Of a stretch of DNA of 32,000 nucleotides, positions 20,751 through 29,334 are shown in pieces; the stretch's first letter is position 1; each line of letters begins with the position of its first letter. Source of the DNA: an uncultured Chloroflexia bacterium (GTDB lineage: Bacteria > Chloroflexota > Anaerolineae > Anaerolineales > Anaerolineaceae); the NCBI GenBank assembly GCA_963704755.1, contig OY969938.1, forward strand, positions 2,790,001 to 2,822,000. The letters run 5' to 3'. A program made the position numbers and the translations under genes. Below the pieces are notes generated by a model. That model saw nothing but the letters and a program-made list of their open reading frames with translations. It was not told the DNA's origin and made no database searches.

Positions 20751-21566
20751 ATGCTCGCCGAGCGAATTTCCTCAACGCCTGCGCGACCGCGCAAGAATAC
20801 GCGCCGTCTGGTGATTGGCCTGGTGCTGGTCCTGATGGTGGGCTTGTTCCTGTCCGGCTGTGCCGGTGACTCAAACCTGACCGCCCCTGGTGTGACCCTA
20901 TCGATCAACCCGCAGGACAACAACCCCACCCAGATGACCGGCGCAGTTGAGCTGCTGGTCCTGCTGACGGTCTTGTCGCTGGCGCCGGCTATTATTATTC
21001 TGGCCACCTCCTTTACCCGGATCGTAATCGTCCTCTCCATGCTGCGCAGCGCCCTGGGTACCCCCACCATCCCGCCCAACCAGGTGATTATCGGCCTGTC
21101 GCTGCTGCTGACCTTTTTTATCATGTCGCCGGTGTACCAGCAGATCGATCAGCAGGCCATCCAGCCGTACATGAACCAACAGATCGACCAGGAAACGGCC
21201 ATAACCACAGCGCTGAAGCCCGTCCGCGAGTTCATGTTCAAACAGACCCGCGAGAAAGACATCCAACTGTTTCTGGACCTGAGCCAGGCGCCGCAGCCGG
21301 CTACCCTGGATGACATTCCTACCATCGATCTCTTCCCGGCTTTCGTCATCAGCGAGCTGCGCACCGCCTTTACCATGGGGTTTGTCATCTACATCCCCTT
21401 CCTGATTATTGACCTGGTCGTATCCAGTGTGCTGCTATCGATGGGCATGATGATGCTGCCGCCATCCCTGGTATCATTGCCGTTCAAGCTGCTCCTGTTC
21501 GTCATGGTGGATGGTTGGTACCTGGTAGTGAAAAGCCTGGTGCTCAGCTTTATGGGCGGTGGCTAG
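20751..21566 (+). CDS. fliP: Flagellar export apparatus protein FliP
   Basis: Motifs LTVLSLAPAIIILATSFTRIVIVLSMLRSALGT and PPNQVIIGLSLLLTFFIMSPV. The N-terminal signal ends in a lipobox-like LSGC (see findings). Confidence 0.97.
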   Translation: MLAERISSTPARPRKNTRRLVIGLVLVLMVGLFLSGCAGDSNLTAPGVTLSINPQDNNPTQMTGAVELLVLLTVLSLAPAIIILATSFTRIVIVLSMLRSALGTPTIPPNQVIIGLSLLLTFFIMSPVYQQIDQQAIQPYMNQQIDQETAITTALKPVREFMFKQTREKDIQLFLDLSQAPQPATLDDIPTIDLFPAFVISELRTAFTMGFVIYIPFLIIDLVVSSVLLSMGMMMLPPSLVSLPFKLLLFVMVDGWYLVVKSLVLSFMGGG

Positions 21567-21577
21567 AGAGGCAATCC

Positions 21578-21847
21578 ATGACCGAAGCGTATGTGTTAAC
21601 CCTGGCGCAAAATGCAATTACCGTGGCGTTGATCCTTGCCGGGCCGATCCTGTTGGTCAGCCTGCTGGTCGGCAGCCTGATCAGCCTGGTCCAGGCGGCC
21701 ACCCAAATCAATGAGCCTACCTTGAACTTTATCCCGAAGATTATCGGTATTGTCCTGGTCCTGCTCTTCCTGGGTTCCTGGATGCTTCAACAGATCATTT
21801 CATTTACATCCAATCTGTTCGAGAGCCTGCCGAACCTGGTTCATTGA
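21578..21847 (+). CDS. fliQ: Flagellar export apparatus protein FliQ
   Basis: 89 aa from ATG 21578 (MTEAYVLTLAQNAITVALILAGPILLVSLLVGSLISLVQAATQINEPTLNFIPKI...). The longer track ORF (21515) overlaps fliP and is unlikely to be the real start. Confidence 0.95.
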   Translation: MTEAYVLTLAQNAITVALILAGPILLVSLLVGSLISLVQAATQINEPTLNFIPKIIGIVLVLLFLGSWMLQQIISFTSNLFESLPNLVH

Positions 21848-21962
21848 TGGGGCCCCTGGAAAAACACACGAAGCTTCTGCCATGCGGTGAAAGTAGCAAA
21901 GCCGCTTTTACCACTTGTCAGATTCCCACTTGCAGGAAATGTTTTTCTCAGGAGAGTTGTTC

Positions 21963-22805
21963 ATGATCGCAGACAAAGTCGATGCCATTCTCCAATCCGT
22001 CGAGCGGCTGCGCCCGATTCCTTCCAATGTGTCCCGCATCCTGAACGAAATCAACAGCCCGGATGCAACCGTCAGTGTCGTCTCGGACCTGATCGGATTG
22101 GACCAGGCTCTGGCGGCGCTGGTTCTGCAAATGGCCAACTCGGTCACCCTGGGCTATTCCCGCTCGTGTACTTCGATCCGTGAAGCGGTGATGCGCATCG
22201 GCCTTAAGCGGCTCAAGTCGCTATTGATGGCTTCCTCGGCGATTGGACCCCTGAAGAGCCAGTTGAACGGCTATCGCCTGGGAGCCGGTGCGTTGTGGCA
22301 GCATTCGCTGGCCACTGCTATGGCGGCCGAATGGCTGGCGCGGGCTTTGAACTACCCGGACCCGGAAGAAGCCTACGCCTCCGGCCTGCTGCACGACGTG
22401 GGCAAACTGGTGCTGGACCAGTTCGTTCTCAAAGATTATATGGAAATCATGAACTTCGTCCGCCAGTACAATATGCCGCTCTGGCAGGTGGAGCAAAAGC
22501 TGCTGGGCGTCGACCACGCGCACGTGGGCGGCCTGATCGCAGCCCGCTGGGGATTCCCAACCGTCCTGATCGACGCGATCAGTTTTCACCATTACCCCTC
22601 CCTGGCCCGCACTAATTTGAAGCTGCCAGCCATTATTAATTTTGCCAATTCGGTAACCGCCGATTCGACTATGGTCAGCCAGAAGTTGATCGGCGGGAAT
22701 ATCCACCCCGAGGCGCTGAAGATTCTCAAAGTTTCCAAAGAGAATTATCAGGTTTACCGCAAAAAGCTGGAAGATTATTTGAGTGTTGGCGGCGAATTGG
22801 TGTAA
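21963..22805 (+). CDS. HDOD domain protein
   Basis: HDOD pattern LRPIPSNVSRILNEINSPDATVSVVSDLIGLDQALAALVLQMANSV...IREAVMRIGL, LWQHSLATA, GLLHDVGKLVL, DHAHVGGLIAARWGFP and ISFHHYP. ATG 21963 has AGGAG 8 nt upstream. The maximal ORF starts at TTG 21915. Confidence 0.85.
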   Translation: MIADKVDAILQSVERLRPIPSNVSRILNEINSPDATVSVVSDLIGLDQALAALVLQMANSVTLGYSRSCTSIREAVMRIGLKRLKSLLMASSAIGPLKSQLNGYRLGAGALWQHSLATAMAAEWLARALNYPDPEEAYASGLLHDVGKLVLDQFVLKDYMEIMNFVRQYNMPLWQVEQKLLGVDHAHVGGLIAARWGFPTVLIDAISFHHYPSLARTNLKLPAIINFANSVTADSTMVSQKLIGGNIHPEALKILKVSKENYQVYRKKLEDYLSVGGELV

Positions 22806-22814
22806 AATGCGCTC

Positions 22815-23192
22815 ATGGATGCTGATGCTGTGCCGGTCTTGGTGCTGGAGACAAATCCCCTCAACCGGGACCTGATTGATCTGGCACTGCGCCGAGGGGG
22901 ATATTTACCGATCATTTGCCGCCAACCGCAGGACTTGCGCGCTCAATTGAAGATGAACCCGCCGCGAGCGGTGGTGCTGGATACATTTTTGCGTGGCGAC
23001 AACGGCCTGGACCTGTTTTCCGAACTGCGCGACGAGGGCCTTTTGAAAGATATTCCGGTGGTACTGATTTCTTCGCTGGCCTTCTCGGAAATTGTGAAGC
23101 GAGCTGCTAACCTGGGCGTGGCCGCCTTCCTGGCCAAGCCGCTGGACACCGACGTGCTCCTGGCGCAGATGAAGCGTGTTTTAGGGGAATAG
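22815..23192 (+). CDS. Single-domain receiver (CheY-like) with a degenerate acidic pocket
   Basis: REC fold: phospho-acceptor Asp in AVVLDTFLRGDNG, Ser in VVLISS and Lys in FLAKP. However, the N-terminal acidic pair is Glu-Thr (VLVLETNP) instead of Asp-Asp. Confidence 0.85.
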   Translation: MDADAVPVLVLETNPLNRDLIDLALRRGGYLPIICRQPQDLRAQLKMNPPRAVVLDTFLRGDNGLDLFSELRDEGLLKDIPVVLISSLAFSEIVKRAANLGVAAFLAKPLDTDVLLAQMKRVLGE

Positions 23193-23492
23193 AGCTCCCC
23201 CTTTAAACCTCTTTTCCAACAAAATCGAAAAACTGGATTTTTCCAAACCAAAGCTGAATAACCCTATCCATTTTTCTGTGGGGGAGAAGCAGCCGGTGGG
23301 CAGGCCTGGATTCAAAATGGTTGTTGGCTCCGGCCGCTTCGCCCGCTGGGCTGGCTGAAATACGCCGGGGATTACACCCGCCGGTTTGTTTTTCCGGCCA
23401 AATCCTGATGAAGCCTTCTGTTATAGCGGGCGAAGCCGCCGGTAGATGGGCTCAGGTTGGTAGAATGAACCATTTGGTTTTCTTATGTTCGC

Positions 23493-23518
23493 TTGACAAA
23501 AACCAGGGACTTTGTCAA
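23493..23518. promoter_or_regulatory. Operator-like inverted repeat TTGACAAA-N10-TTTGTCAA in the cheA leader
   Basis: 23493-23500 (TTGACAAA) is the exact reverse complement of 23511-23518 (TTTGTCAA). Lies about 280 nt upstream of the cheA ATG in a 606-bp non-coding region. The left half also contains a TTGACA -35-like hexamer. Confidence 0.3.
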
Positions 23519-23798
23519 CTGTAGGTTGATATGCCTGTTTCCCTGAGGGGGAATCAATACCGTTGTAAGACAATTTCATGTGATATTTGGAATTAATTTA
23601 CGAGACATTTACAGTACTAGGCCCTCGTGTCTGCTAACCTCATGGGTGGATGATCGGACCCTTGTAAATACAGAATTTAAAACAAAGGTTTGATTTAAAA
23701 CATTGGAAAAATGGGTGCACGTCTCGTTAACGGCCATTTTTCCATAATTATCCGGTGTGGGTTTGAAAATTTTAGTTTTTTAAGAATGAGGCGTAATC

Positions 23799-25937
23799 AT
23801 GCAGATGGTCTTTGACATCAGCCAGGATGAATTGCCGATCTTTATGGCAGAGGCAGACGAACACTTGCAGGTATTGGACGAAATCCTGGTGCAAATCGAA
23901 CATTTGGACAGCGAATCCGAGCAGCTCCATTCTGCATTTCGATCAGCGCATACCCTCAAGGGTATGGCTGGGATGATTGGTCACGAGCGTATGACGGAGC
24001 TGACCCATTCCCTGGAGACTGCCTTCGATGGTATCCGCAAAAATACCATACCGATAACTACCCCGCTTATTGATTTGTGCCTGGATGCGGTGGACGGCCT
24101 GCGGCTTTTGAAGGAAGAGGTGATCACCGGAGAACCTTGTGACCTGGATGTAGAAAGCCTGGTGGCCGGCCTGAAAGATTTTATTGAATCGGCGCCGGCG
24201 AACCAACCGGCTGCTGAAAGCCGGCCGGCGCAGACCGGAGCAGCACTTGTACTGGAAGCTCCCGCGAAGTCGAACGGCAAAAAATCGGGCAACGGCAATG
24301 GACACAAAAAAGAAGCCCCGGCCGTGAAAGTGGAGAAAACCCGGCCGGGGACCGGTATCCGCGCCGAGATCGACTCCAAGAGCATTGCCTCTGCTGCCCG
24401 GGCCTTGCAGTTGATGATGGCCCTGCAGGAATTGGGCGAAGTGCTCGAAATGGACCCGCCCCTGGTCGTGATCGAAACGGCCGCCCCGGTGAAAACTTTT
24501 ACTGCCCGAGTGCTCACCGAAAAGGATCCCGAAGCAGTTTACAGCCAACTGGAACAGATTTCAGAGGTTAGCAGCCTGTGGGTCGAAGGCCGGGGCGAGG
24601 TTAGCCCGCCGGCACCCCTGCCTGCGGCAAAACAACCGGCACCCGAGCCCCGACCGGTTGCTGAGCCGGTTCCCCAACCCGCACCGGCAGCCCAGCTTGC
24701 ACCGGCGGCCCAGCTCGCGCAGGTCAAACAGGTCAATACCCGCAGTGTCGATATGACCATCCGCACCAGCGTGGAACGCCTGGACTCGCTGATGAACCTG
24801 GTCGGCGAGTTGATTACCGACCGTAACCACCTCTTCCAGGTGCGAAACCACATGCAAACCAACGCGAGCAGCAACAACCAGGTCGAAAACCTGGCTGAGA
24901 CGGTCTCGCATATCAGCCGGATCACCGACCAGCTTCAGGAAGAGGTCATGAGCATCCGCATGCTGCCCATTGGGAACCAGTTCCGTAAATTCCCGCGGGT
25001 GGTCCGTGACCTGGCCCAGAAGGTTGGCAAGCAGGTCAACGTGACCATCAATGGTGAAGATACCGAGCTGGACCGCTCGATGATCGAGGAAATCAACGAT
25101 CCGCTCATTCACCTGGTGCGTAATGCGGTGGACCATGGCATTGAAACGCCCGAAGTTCGCCAGGCCGCGGGCAAACCCGCAGTCGGTGAGATCTCCCTCA
25201 ACGCCTGGCACGAGCAGGGACGCATCGTGGTCACCGTCTCGGACGATGGCAGCGGGATCGACCCGGCTCAGATGCGCAAAGTCGCCGTCCAAAAAGGCCT
25301 GCTTACCTCGGAAGAGGCGGCCGGGTTGAGTGACGACCAGGCTATCGACTTGATCTTCTTGCCCGGCTTTTCCACCGCCAAGGTGGTGACCGATATTTCA
25401 GGCCGCGGCGTGGGTATGGACATTGTCCACACCAATATTCAACGGGTGAACGGCACCATCCACGTCGAAACCCAGTTAGGCCGCGGGACGACTTTCCAGA
25501 TCGTTCTCCCACTCACCCTGGCGATTGTGCCTACCCTGTTAGTGAAGGTCGCCGGTTCGATCCTGGCCATCCCGCTGGTAATGGTGACCGAAACCCTGCG
25601 GCTTTCGAACGAAGAAATTTCTACGATCCGGGGTAAACCGGTTATTGTACTGCGCGGACACGTTCTGCCCCTGGTGGACGTTGCCGGCGTCTTTGAAATC
25701 CCCCATGAGGCTCGCGAAAAGGGCCGCCTGTTTGCGGTGGTAGTGAACGCCGGAAAACAAAGCGTTGGCCTGGTCGTGGATTCCTTTACGGGGGAAGAGG
25801 AAGTGGTTGTCAAATCCCTGGGGTCCTTCATTGGGGATATCCCTGGTATTTCTAGTGCCGCGATCCTTGGCGACGGGCAAATTGCCCTCATCGTTGACGT
25901 GCCCGGCCTTTTAAAACTTGCTGGAATTCATGTGTGA
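23799..25937 (+). CDS. cheA: Chemotaxis histidine kinase CheA
   Basis: Hpt (P1) motif FRSAHTLKGMAGMIGH. A Pro/Ala-rich linker. N-box DPLIHLVRNAVDHGIE and G-box DISGRGVGMDIV. C-terminal CheW-like P5 domain. Confidence 0.97.
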   Translation: MQMVFDISQDELPIFMAEADEHLQVLDEILVQIEHLDSESEQLHSAFRSAHTLKGMAGMIGHERMTELTHSLETAFDGIRKNTIPITTPLIDLCLDAVDGLRLLKEEVITGEPCDLDVESLVAGLKDFIESAPANQPAAESRPAQTGAALVLEAPAKSNGKKSGNGNGHKKEAPAVKVEKTRPGTGIRAEIDSKSIASAARALQLMMALQELGEVLEMDPPLVVIETAAPVKTFTARVLTEKDPEAVYSQLEQISEVSSLWVEGRGEVSPPAPLPAAKQPAPEPRPVAEPVPQPAPAAQLAPAAQLAQVKQVNTRSVDMTIRTSVERLDSLMNLVGELITDRNHLFQVRNHMQTNASSNNQVENLAETVSHISRITDQLQEEVMSIRMLPIGNQFRKFPRVVRDLAQKVGKQVNVTINGEDTELDRSMIEEINDPLIHLVRNAVDHGIETPEVRQAAGKPAVGEISLNAWHEQGRIVVTVSDDGSGIDPAQMRKVAVQKGLLTSEEAAGLSDDQAIDLIFLPGFSTAKVVTDISGRGVGMDIVHTNIQRVNGTIHVETQLGRGTTFQIVLPLTLAIVPTLLVKVAGSILAIPLVMVTETLRLSNEEISTIRGKPVIVLRGHVLPLVDVAGVFEIPHEAREKGRLFAVVVNAGKQSVGLVVDSFTGEEEVVVKSLGSFIGDIPGISSAAILGDGQIALIVDVPGLLKLAGIHV

Positions 25938-25945
25938 GGAAGGTT

Positions 25946-26560
25946 ATGACCGAAGGGCAGATGTTAGATAACGAAACAATAGAGATTTTGCAAGCGATTG
26001 GTGAAACTGGCATCGTCAACGCAGCCAACGGGTTCGGCAAGCTGCTGGGACGGAACATCGAAGTCCACAAGACCTCTGTTCGCCTGATCCCGCTCCTGGA
26101 AATCGCCGGGGAGTTCGAGTCTCCGGAACAGGAGGCTGTAGGCATTTACCTGCGAGCCGAAGGCGATATTTCCGGCCAGATCATGCTGATCATCCCATAC
26201 ACCAAATCCCTGGAACTGGTCGATTTGCTCATGGGCGATCCCATTGGGACGGCGGACTCCCTGGGCAAATTGGAAAGGTCGGCCCTGGGCGAGTTGGGCA
26301 ACCAGACGGGCACGTTTTTTCTCAACGCTGTGGCAGACATGGCCGGTATGTCCTTGCGGCCCACGCCCCCGGCTGTCATGGTGGATATGGTAGGAGCCAT
26401 CGTCGATATCATCATTGCGACTACCGGTGGGGTTAGTGATCACGTACTTTTGATCGAAGCCAATTTTGCGGATGGCAGCCGCATCGTTGAAACAAATTTC
26501 TGGGTGCTGCCCGATGCTCAATCCATTCAAGTTTTGAAAAGGAATGTGAAAAAGCAATGA
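25946..26560 (+). CDS. cheC: CheY-P phosphatase CheC (second active site intact, first degenerate)
   Basis: The second CheC motif S-x3-E-x2-N-x22-P is intact (SALGELGN...RPTPP). The first repeat (EILQAIGETGIVNAANGFGKLLGRNIEV) has Ala, Glu and Thr at the Glu, Asn and Pro positions. Followed by cheD. ATG 25946 has GAGGAAGG upstream, and the track ORF starts at GTG 25934. Confidence 0.85.
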   Translation: MTEGQMLDNETIEILQAIGETGIVNAANGFGKLLGRNIEVHKTSVRLIPLLEIAGEFESPEQEAVGIYLRAEGDISGQIMLIIPYTKSLELVDLLMGDPIGTADSLGKLERSALGELGNQTGTFFLNAVADMAGMSLRPTPPAVMVDMVGAIVDIIIATTGGVSDHVLLIEANFADGSRIVETNFWVLPDAQSIQVLKRNVKKQ

Positions 26561-27042
26561 AAGAACCGGTCAGTGTCGGACTGGGTGAATACTATGTTTC
26601 AACTGACCCTGAAGACGTAATGGTAGCTTATGGGTTGGGATCCTGCCTGGGAATTGCCATGGTGGACCCGGTCAAAAAGGTCTCTGGTTTGCTCCATGCC
26701 GTCCTTCCCCAGCGGATGAATGGCACCGAGCCGGTCTGCCCACGCTATGTGGATTGTGGAATCGAAATCCTCTTGGGTGAAATGATCAAAGCCGGCGCGG
26801 ATCGCAACCGGCTGGTGATTCGCATGGCCGGGGGAGCCAATATGCTGCTCACCGCGGGCGTGACCAACACCTTCGATGTCGGTACGCGGAACATCGCCAG
26901 CGCCCATGCAGTTTTCCAGAAGATCAAATTGCAGCTCAAGAAAGAAGAAGTTGGCGGTCATACCGGCCGCACGGTTCGTTTATATGTATTGGATGGCCGT
27001 ATGACCGTAAGAGTGGTAGGCGGTAAAGAGCAGGATTTGTAA
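26557..27042 (+). CDS. cheD: Chemoreceptor glutamine deamidase CheD
   Basis: Motifs VAYGLGSCLGIAMVDP and GLLHAVLP. 161 aa. ATGA overlap with cheC. Confidence 0.93.
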   Translation: MKEPVSVGLGEYYVSTDPEDVMVAYGLGSCLGIAMVDPVKKVSGLLHAVLPQRMNGTEPVCPRYVDCGIEILLGEMIKAGADRNRLVIRMAGGANMLLTAGVTNTFDVGTRNIASAHAVFQKIKLQLKKEEVGGHTGRTVRLYVLDGRMTVRVVGGKEQDL

Positions 27043-27062
27043 ATTTCCAGGAGGAAATGAGG

Positions 27063-27419
27063 ATGACTAGGATTTTAATTGTCGATGACGCAGAGTTTTT
27101 GAGAGTGCGCATCACCAAAATGTTACAGGGAGATGGTTTTGAAGTCTTCGAGGCGGATAACGGCCTCAAGGCGGTGGCCTCTTACAAAGAACTCAAGCCT
27201 GACGTGGTCTTGATGGACGTTACGATGCCCGAGATGGACGGCCTGGCCGCCCTGAAAGAGATCCGCGGGTTTGATCCGAAGGCGCAGGTGGTTATGTTGA
27301 CAGCCCTTGGGCAGGAATCGGTTGTGTTGGAAGCGGTCAAGTCCGGCGCACGCGATTTCATTGTTAAACCCTTCGAGCGCGATCGGGTGATGAGCGCCAT
27401 TCATAAGTTGATTGGCTAA
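27063..27419 (+). CDS. cheY: Chemotaxis response regulator CheY
   Basis: Motifs RILIVDDAEFLR, DVVLMDVTMPEMDG, VVMLTALG and FIVKPF. AGGAGG (27049-27054) is 8 nt from ATG 27063, while the track start ATG 27057 is only 2 nt from it. Confidence 0.95.
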   Translation: MTRILIVDDAEFLRVRITKMLQGDGFEVFEADNGLKAVASYKELKPDVVLMDVTMPEMDGLAALKEIRGFDPKAQVVMLTALGQESVVLEAVKSGARDFIVKPFERDRVMSAIHKLIG

Positions 27420-27430
27420 AGGAAACTTAG

Positions 27431-28534
27431 GTGAACCAAACATCGGTTCCTGGCTCTCCGACGACTGCACATAACCCTATCCGGGTTTTGGTTGTGGACG
27501 ATTCGGCATTTATCCGTGTTTCGATCAGTCGCTATTTGAACGATTATCCGGGCATCCGAGTGGTCGGCGGAGCCCGCGACGGGTTGGAAGCCCTGGAAAT
27601 GATCCCGCGCTTGCAGCCCGATGTGATTACCCTGGACGTTGAAATGCCGCGTCTGGATGGGCTTTCTACCTTGCGCGAGATTATGAGTCGCTTCCCGCGC
27701 CCGGTGATTATGCTGAGCAGCCTGACCAAAGAAGGCACAGCCGAGACGGTTCAAGCCCTGACCCTGGGCGCGGTCGATTTTACGCCCAAGCCGACCGACC
27801 GGATGAACATCCAGTCGGTGATGGCGGAGGTGATCAGCAAGATCGAGCGGGCTGCCGGGGCCAAAGTCAAGCCGATTGCGATCCCCGCGGCCGAGTATCG
27901 CCAGGTCTTACCGCTGCCAACGACCAAGCCGTTCCATACCCGCCAACGTCACGAACCCGTGGTCCTGATTGGTACCTCGACCGGCGGACCCAAGGCCCTG
28001 AACGAAGTTATCCCGGCTTTGCCGGCTGACTTACCGGCAGCCGTGGTAGTGGTCCAGCACATGCCGGCCGGTTTTACCCATTCACTGGCGGAACGGCTGA
28101 ACAATTCTTCGGCCCTGCTGGTCAAAGAAGCCGAACCGGGTGACCGCCTGGCGGTTGGCCGGGTGTTGTTGGCTCCCGGTGGGTTTCATATGGTCTTCGA
28201 CGAAAACGAGCAGGTGGTCCTCAACCAGAACCCGCCCATGCACGGCGTGCGCCCGGCTGTGGATGTCACCCTGACTTCATTGATCCAGCGTTGCGGCCGG
28301 CTGACCAGCGCGGTCATCCTGACCGGCATGGGCAGCGACGGTACCACCGGGGCGGTGCTGCTGCACAGCCTGGGCGGACAGGTCATCGCCGAAGACGAGT
28401 CGTCCTGTGTGGTTTATGGCATGCCGCGCAGTGTGGTCGAAGCCAACGCAGCCAGCCAGGTCGTGCCTCTGGCGGAAATCCCGGCTGCCATTCTTCAAGC
28501 GCTGCAATCTTTTAGTTCGAATACAGGTAAGTAA
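27431..28534 (+). CDS. cheB: Chemotaxis methylesterase/deamidase CheB (REC + CheB_methylest)
   Basis: REC (RVLVVDDSAFIR, DVITLDVEMPRLDG) plus the catalytic-domain motifs GTSTGGPKAL, VVQHMPAGFT and LTGMGSDG. GTG start. Confidence 0.96.
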   Translation: MNQTSVPGSPTTAHNPIRVLVVDDSAFIRVSISRYLNDYPGIRVVGGARDGLEALEMIPRLQPDVITLDVEMPRLDGLSTLREIMSRFPRPVIMLSSLTKEGTAETVQALTLGAVDFTPKPTDRMNIQSVMAEVISKIERAAGAKVKPIAIPAAEYRQVLPLPTTKPFHTRQRHEPVVLIGTSTGGPKALNEVIPALPADLPAAVVVVQHMPAGFTHSLAERLNNSSALLVKEAEPGDRLAVGRVLLAPGGFHMVFDENEQVVLNQNPPMHGVRPAVDVTLTSLIQRCGRLTSAVILTGMGSDGTTGAVLLHSLGGQVIAEDESSCVVYGMPRSVVEANAASQVVPLAEIPAAILQALQSFSSNTGK

Positions 28535-28537
28535 GCC

Positions 28538-29326
28538 ATGGAAGCCGATGTTTATTCCAGTATCAAAACCTCAGTGAAACGTCTCTTGAATATCGACCTG
28601 TCGTATTACAAAGACGAACAGGTCAAACGCCGCCTCGATTCCTGGCTGGTGCGGACAAAAGCCACCTCCTGGGGTGAATATTTCCAGGTCGTTTCAAAAG
28701 ACGCCCACGAAATGGATCGCTTTCGCAATTATTTAACCATTAACGTAACCGAATTTTTCCGTGATCCGGACCGCTGGGCAACCCTGGGCAAGGATATTGT
28801 CCCGTCTTTACTGGAAAAATCCTCATTCTCCTCCAAAGAACTGCGCGTCTGGAGTGCAGGCTGCTCGATCGGTGTGGAAGCCTACACCCTGGCGATTTTG
28901 TTGAACGAATCGGCCCCAGGCAGAAAGTGTTCTCTCCTGGCCACGGACATGGATCGTGGCGCCCTGGCCAAAGCCCGGGCAGGCGGCCCTTACCTGGCCG
29001 AAGAAATCCGCAACCTGACGCCTGAACAGCGTGAGAAATTTTTGAAACCTGGCCCGCCTTATTTTATTAAAGACGAGCTGGTGCACAAGATTACTTTTCA
29101 AGAGCAGGATATGCTCACCGAACGGTTCGGAAATGATTTTGACCTGATAGTTTGCCGCAACGTCATTATTTATTTCACCACCGAAGCCAAGACGATGCTG
29201 TATTCCAAATTCCACGATGCCCTCCGGCCGGGAGGAGTGCTCTTCCTTGGCGGCACTGAAATCATTTCGAAGCCGGCCGATTTTGGCTTCCGCAATATTG
29301 GAATTTCGCTGTACAAGAAAATATAA
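28538..29326 (+). CDS. cheR: Chemotaxis methyltransferase CheR
   Basis: Motifs TINVTEFFRDP, RVWSAGCSIGVEAYTLAILL and DLIVCRNVIIYF. Confidence 0.95.
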   Translation: MEADVYSSIKTSVKRLLNIDLSYYKDEQVKRRLDSWLVRTKATSWGEYFQVVSKDAHEMDRFRNYLTINVTEFFRDPDRWATLGKDIVPSLLEKSSFSSKELRVWSAGCSIGVEAYTLAILLNESAPGRKCSLLATDMDRGALAKARAGGPYLAEEIRNLTPEQREKFLKPGPPYFIKDELVHKITFQEQDMLTERFGNDFDLIVCRNVIIYFTTEAKTMLYSKFHDALRPGGVLFLGGTEIISKPADFGFRNIGISLYKKI

Positions 29327-29334
29327 GAGGTGAA

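Noticed and set aside
23321-23524. 67-aa plus-strand ORF in the cheA leader
   Set aside because: It starts with a non-ATG codon, has no ribosome-binding site and no recognisable motif. Its composition is Ala/Gly/Pro-rich at the start and arbitrary afterwards, so the region is treated as non-coding.
24681-24716. 18-nt tandem duplication in cheA (GCACCGGC(A/G)GCCCAGCT(T/C), encoding APAAQL twice)
   Set aside because: It lies in the Pro/Ala-rich inter-domain linker, where short in-frame duplications are common and functionally neutral.
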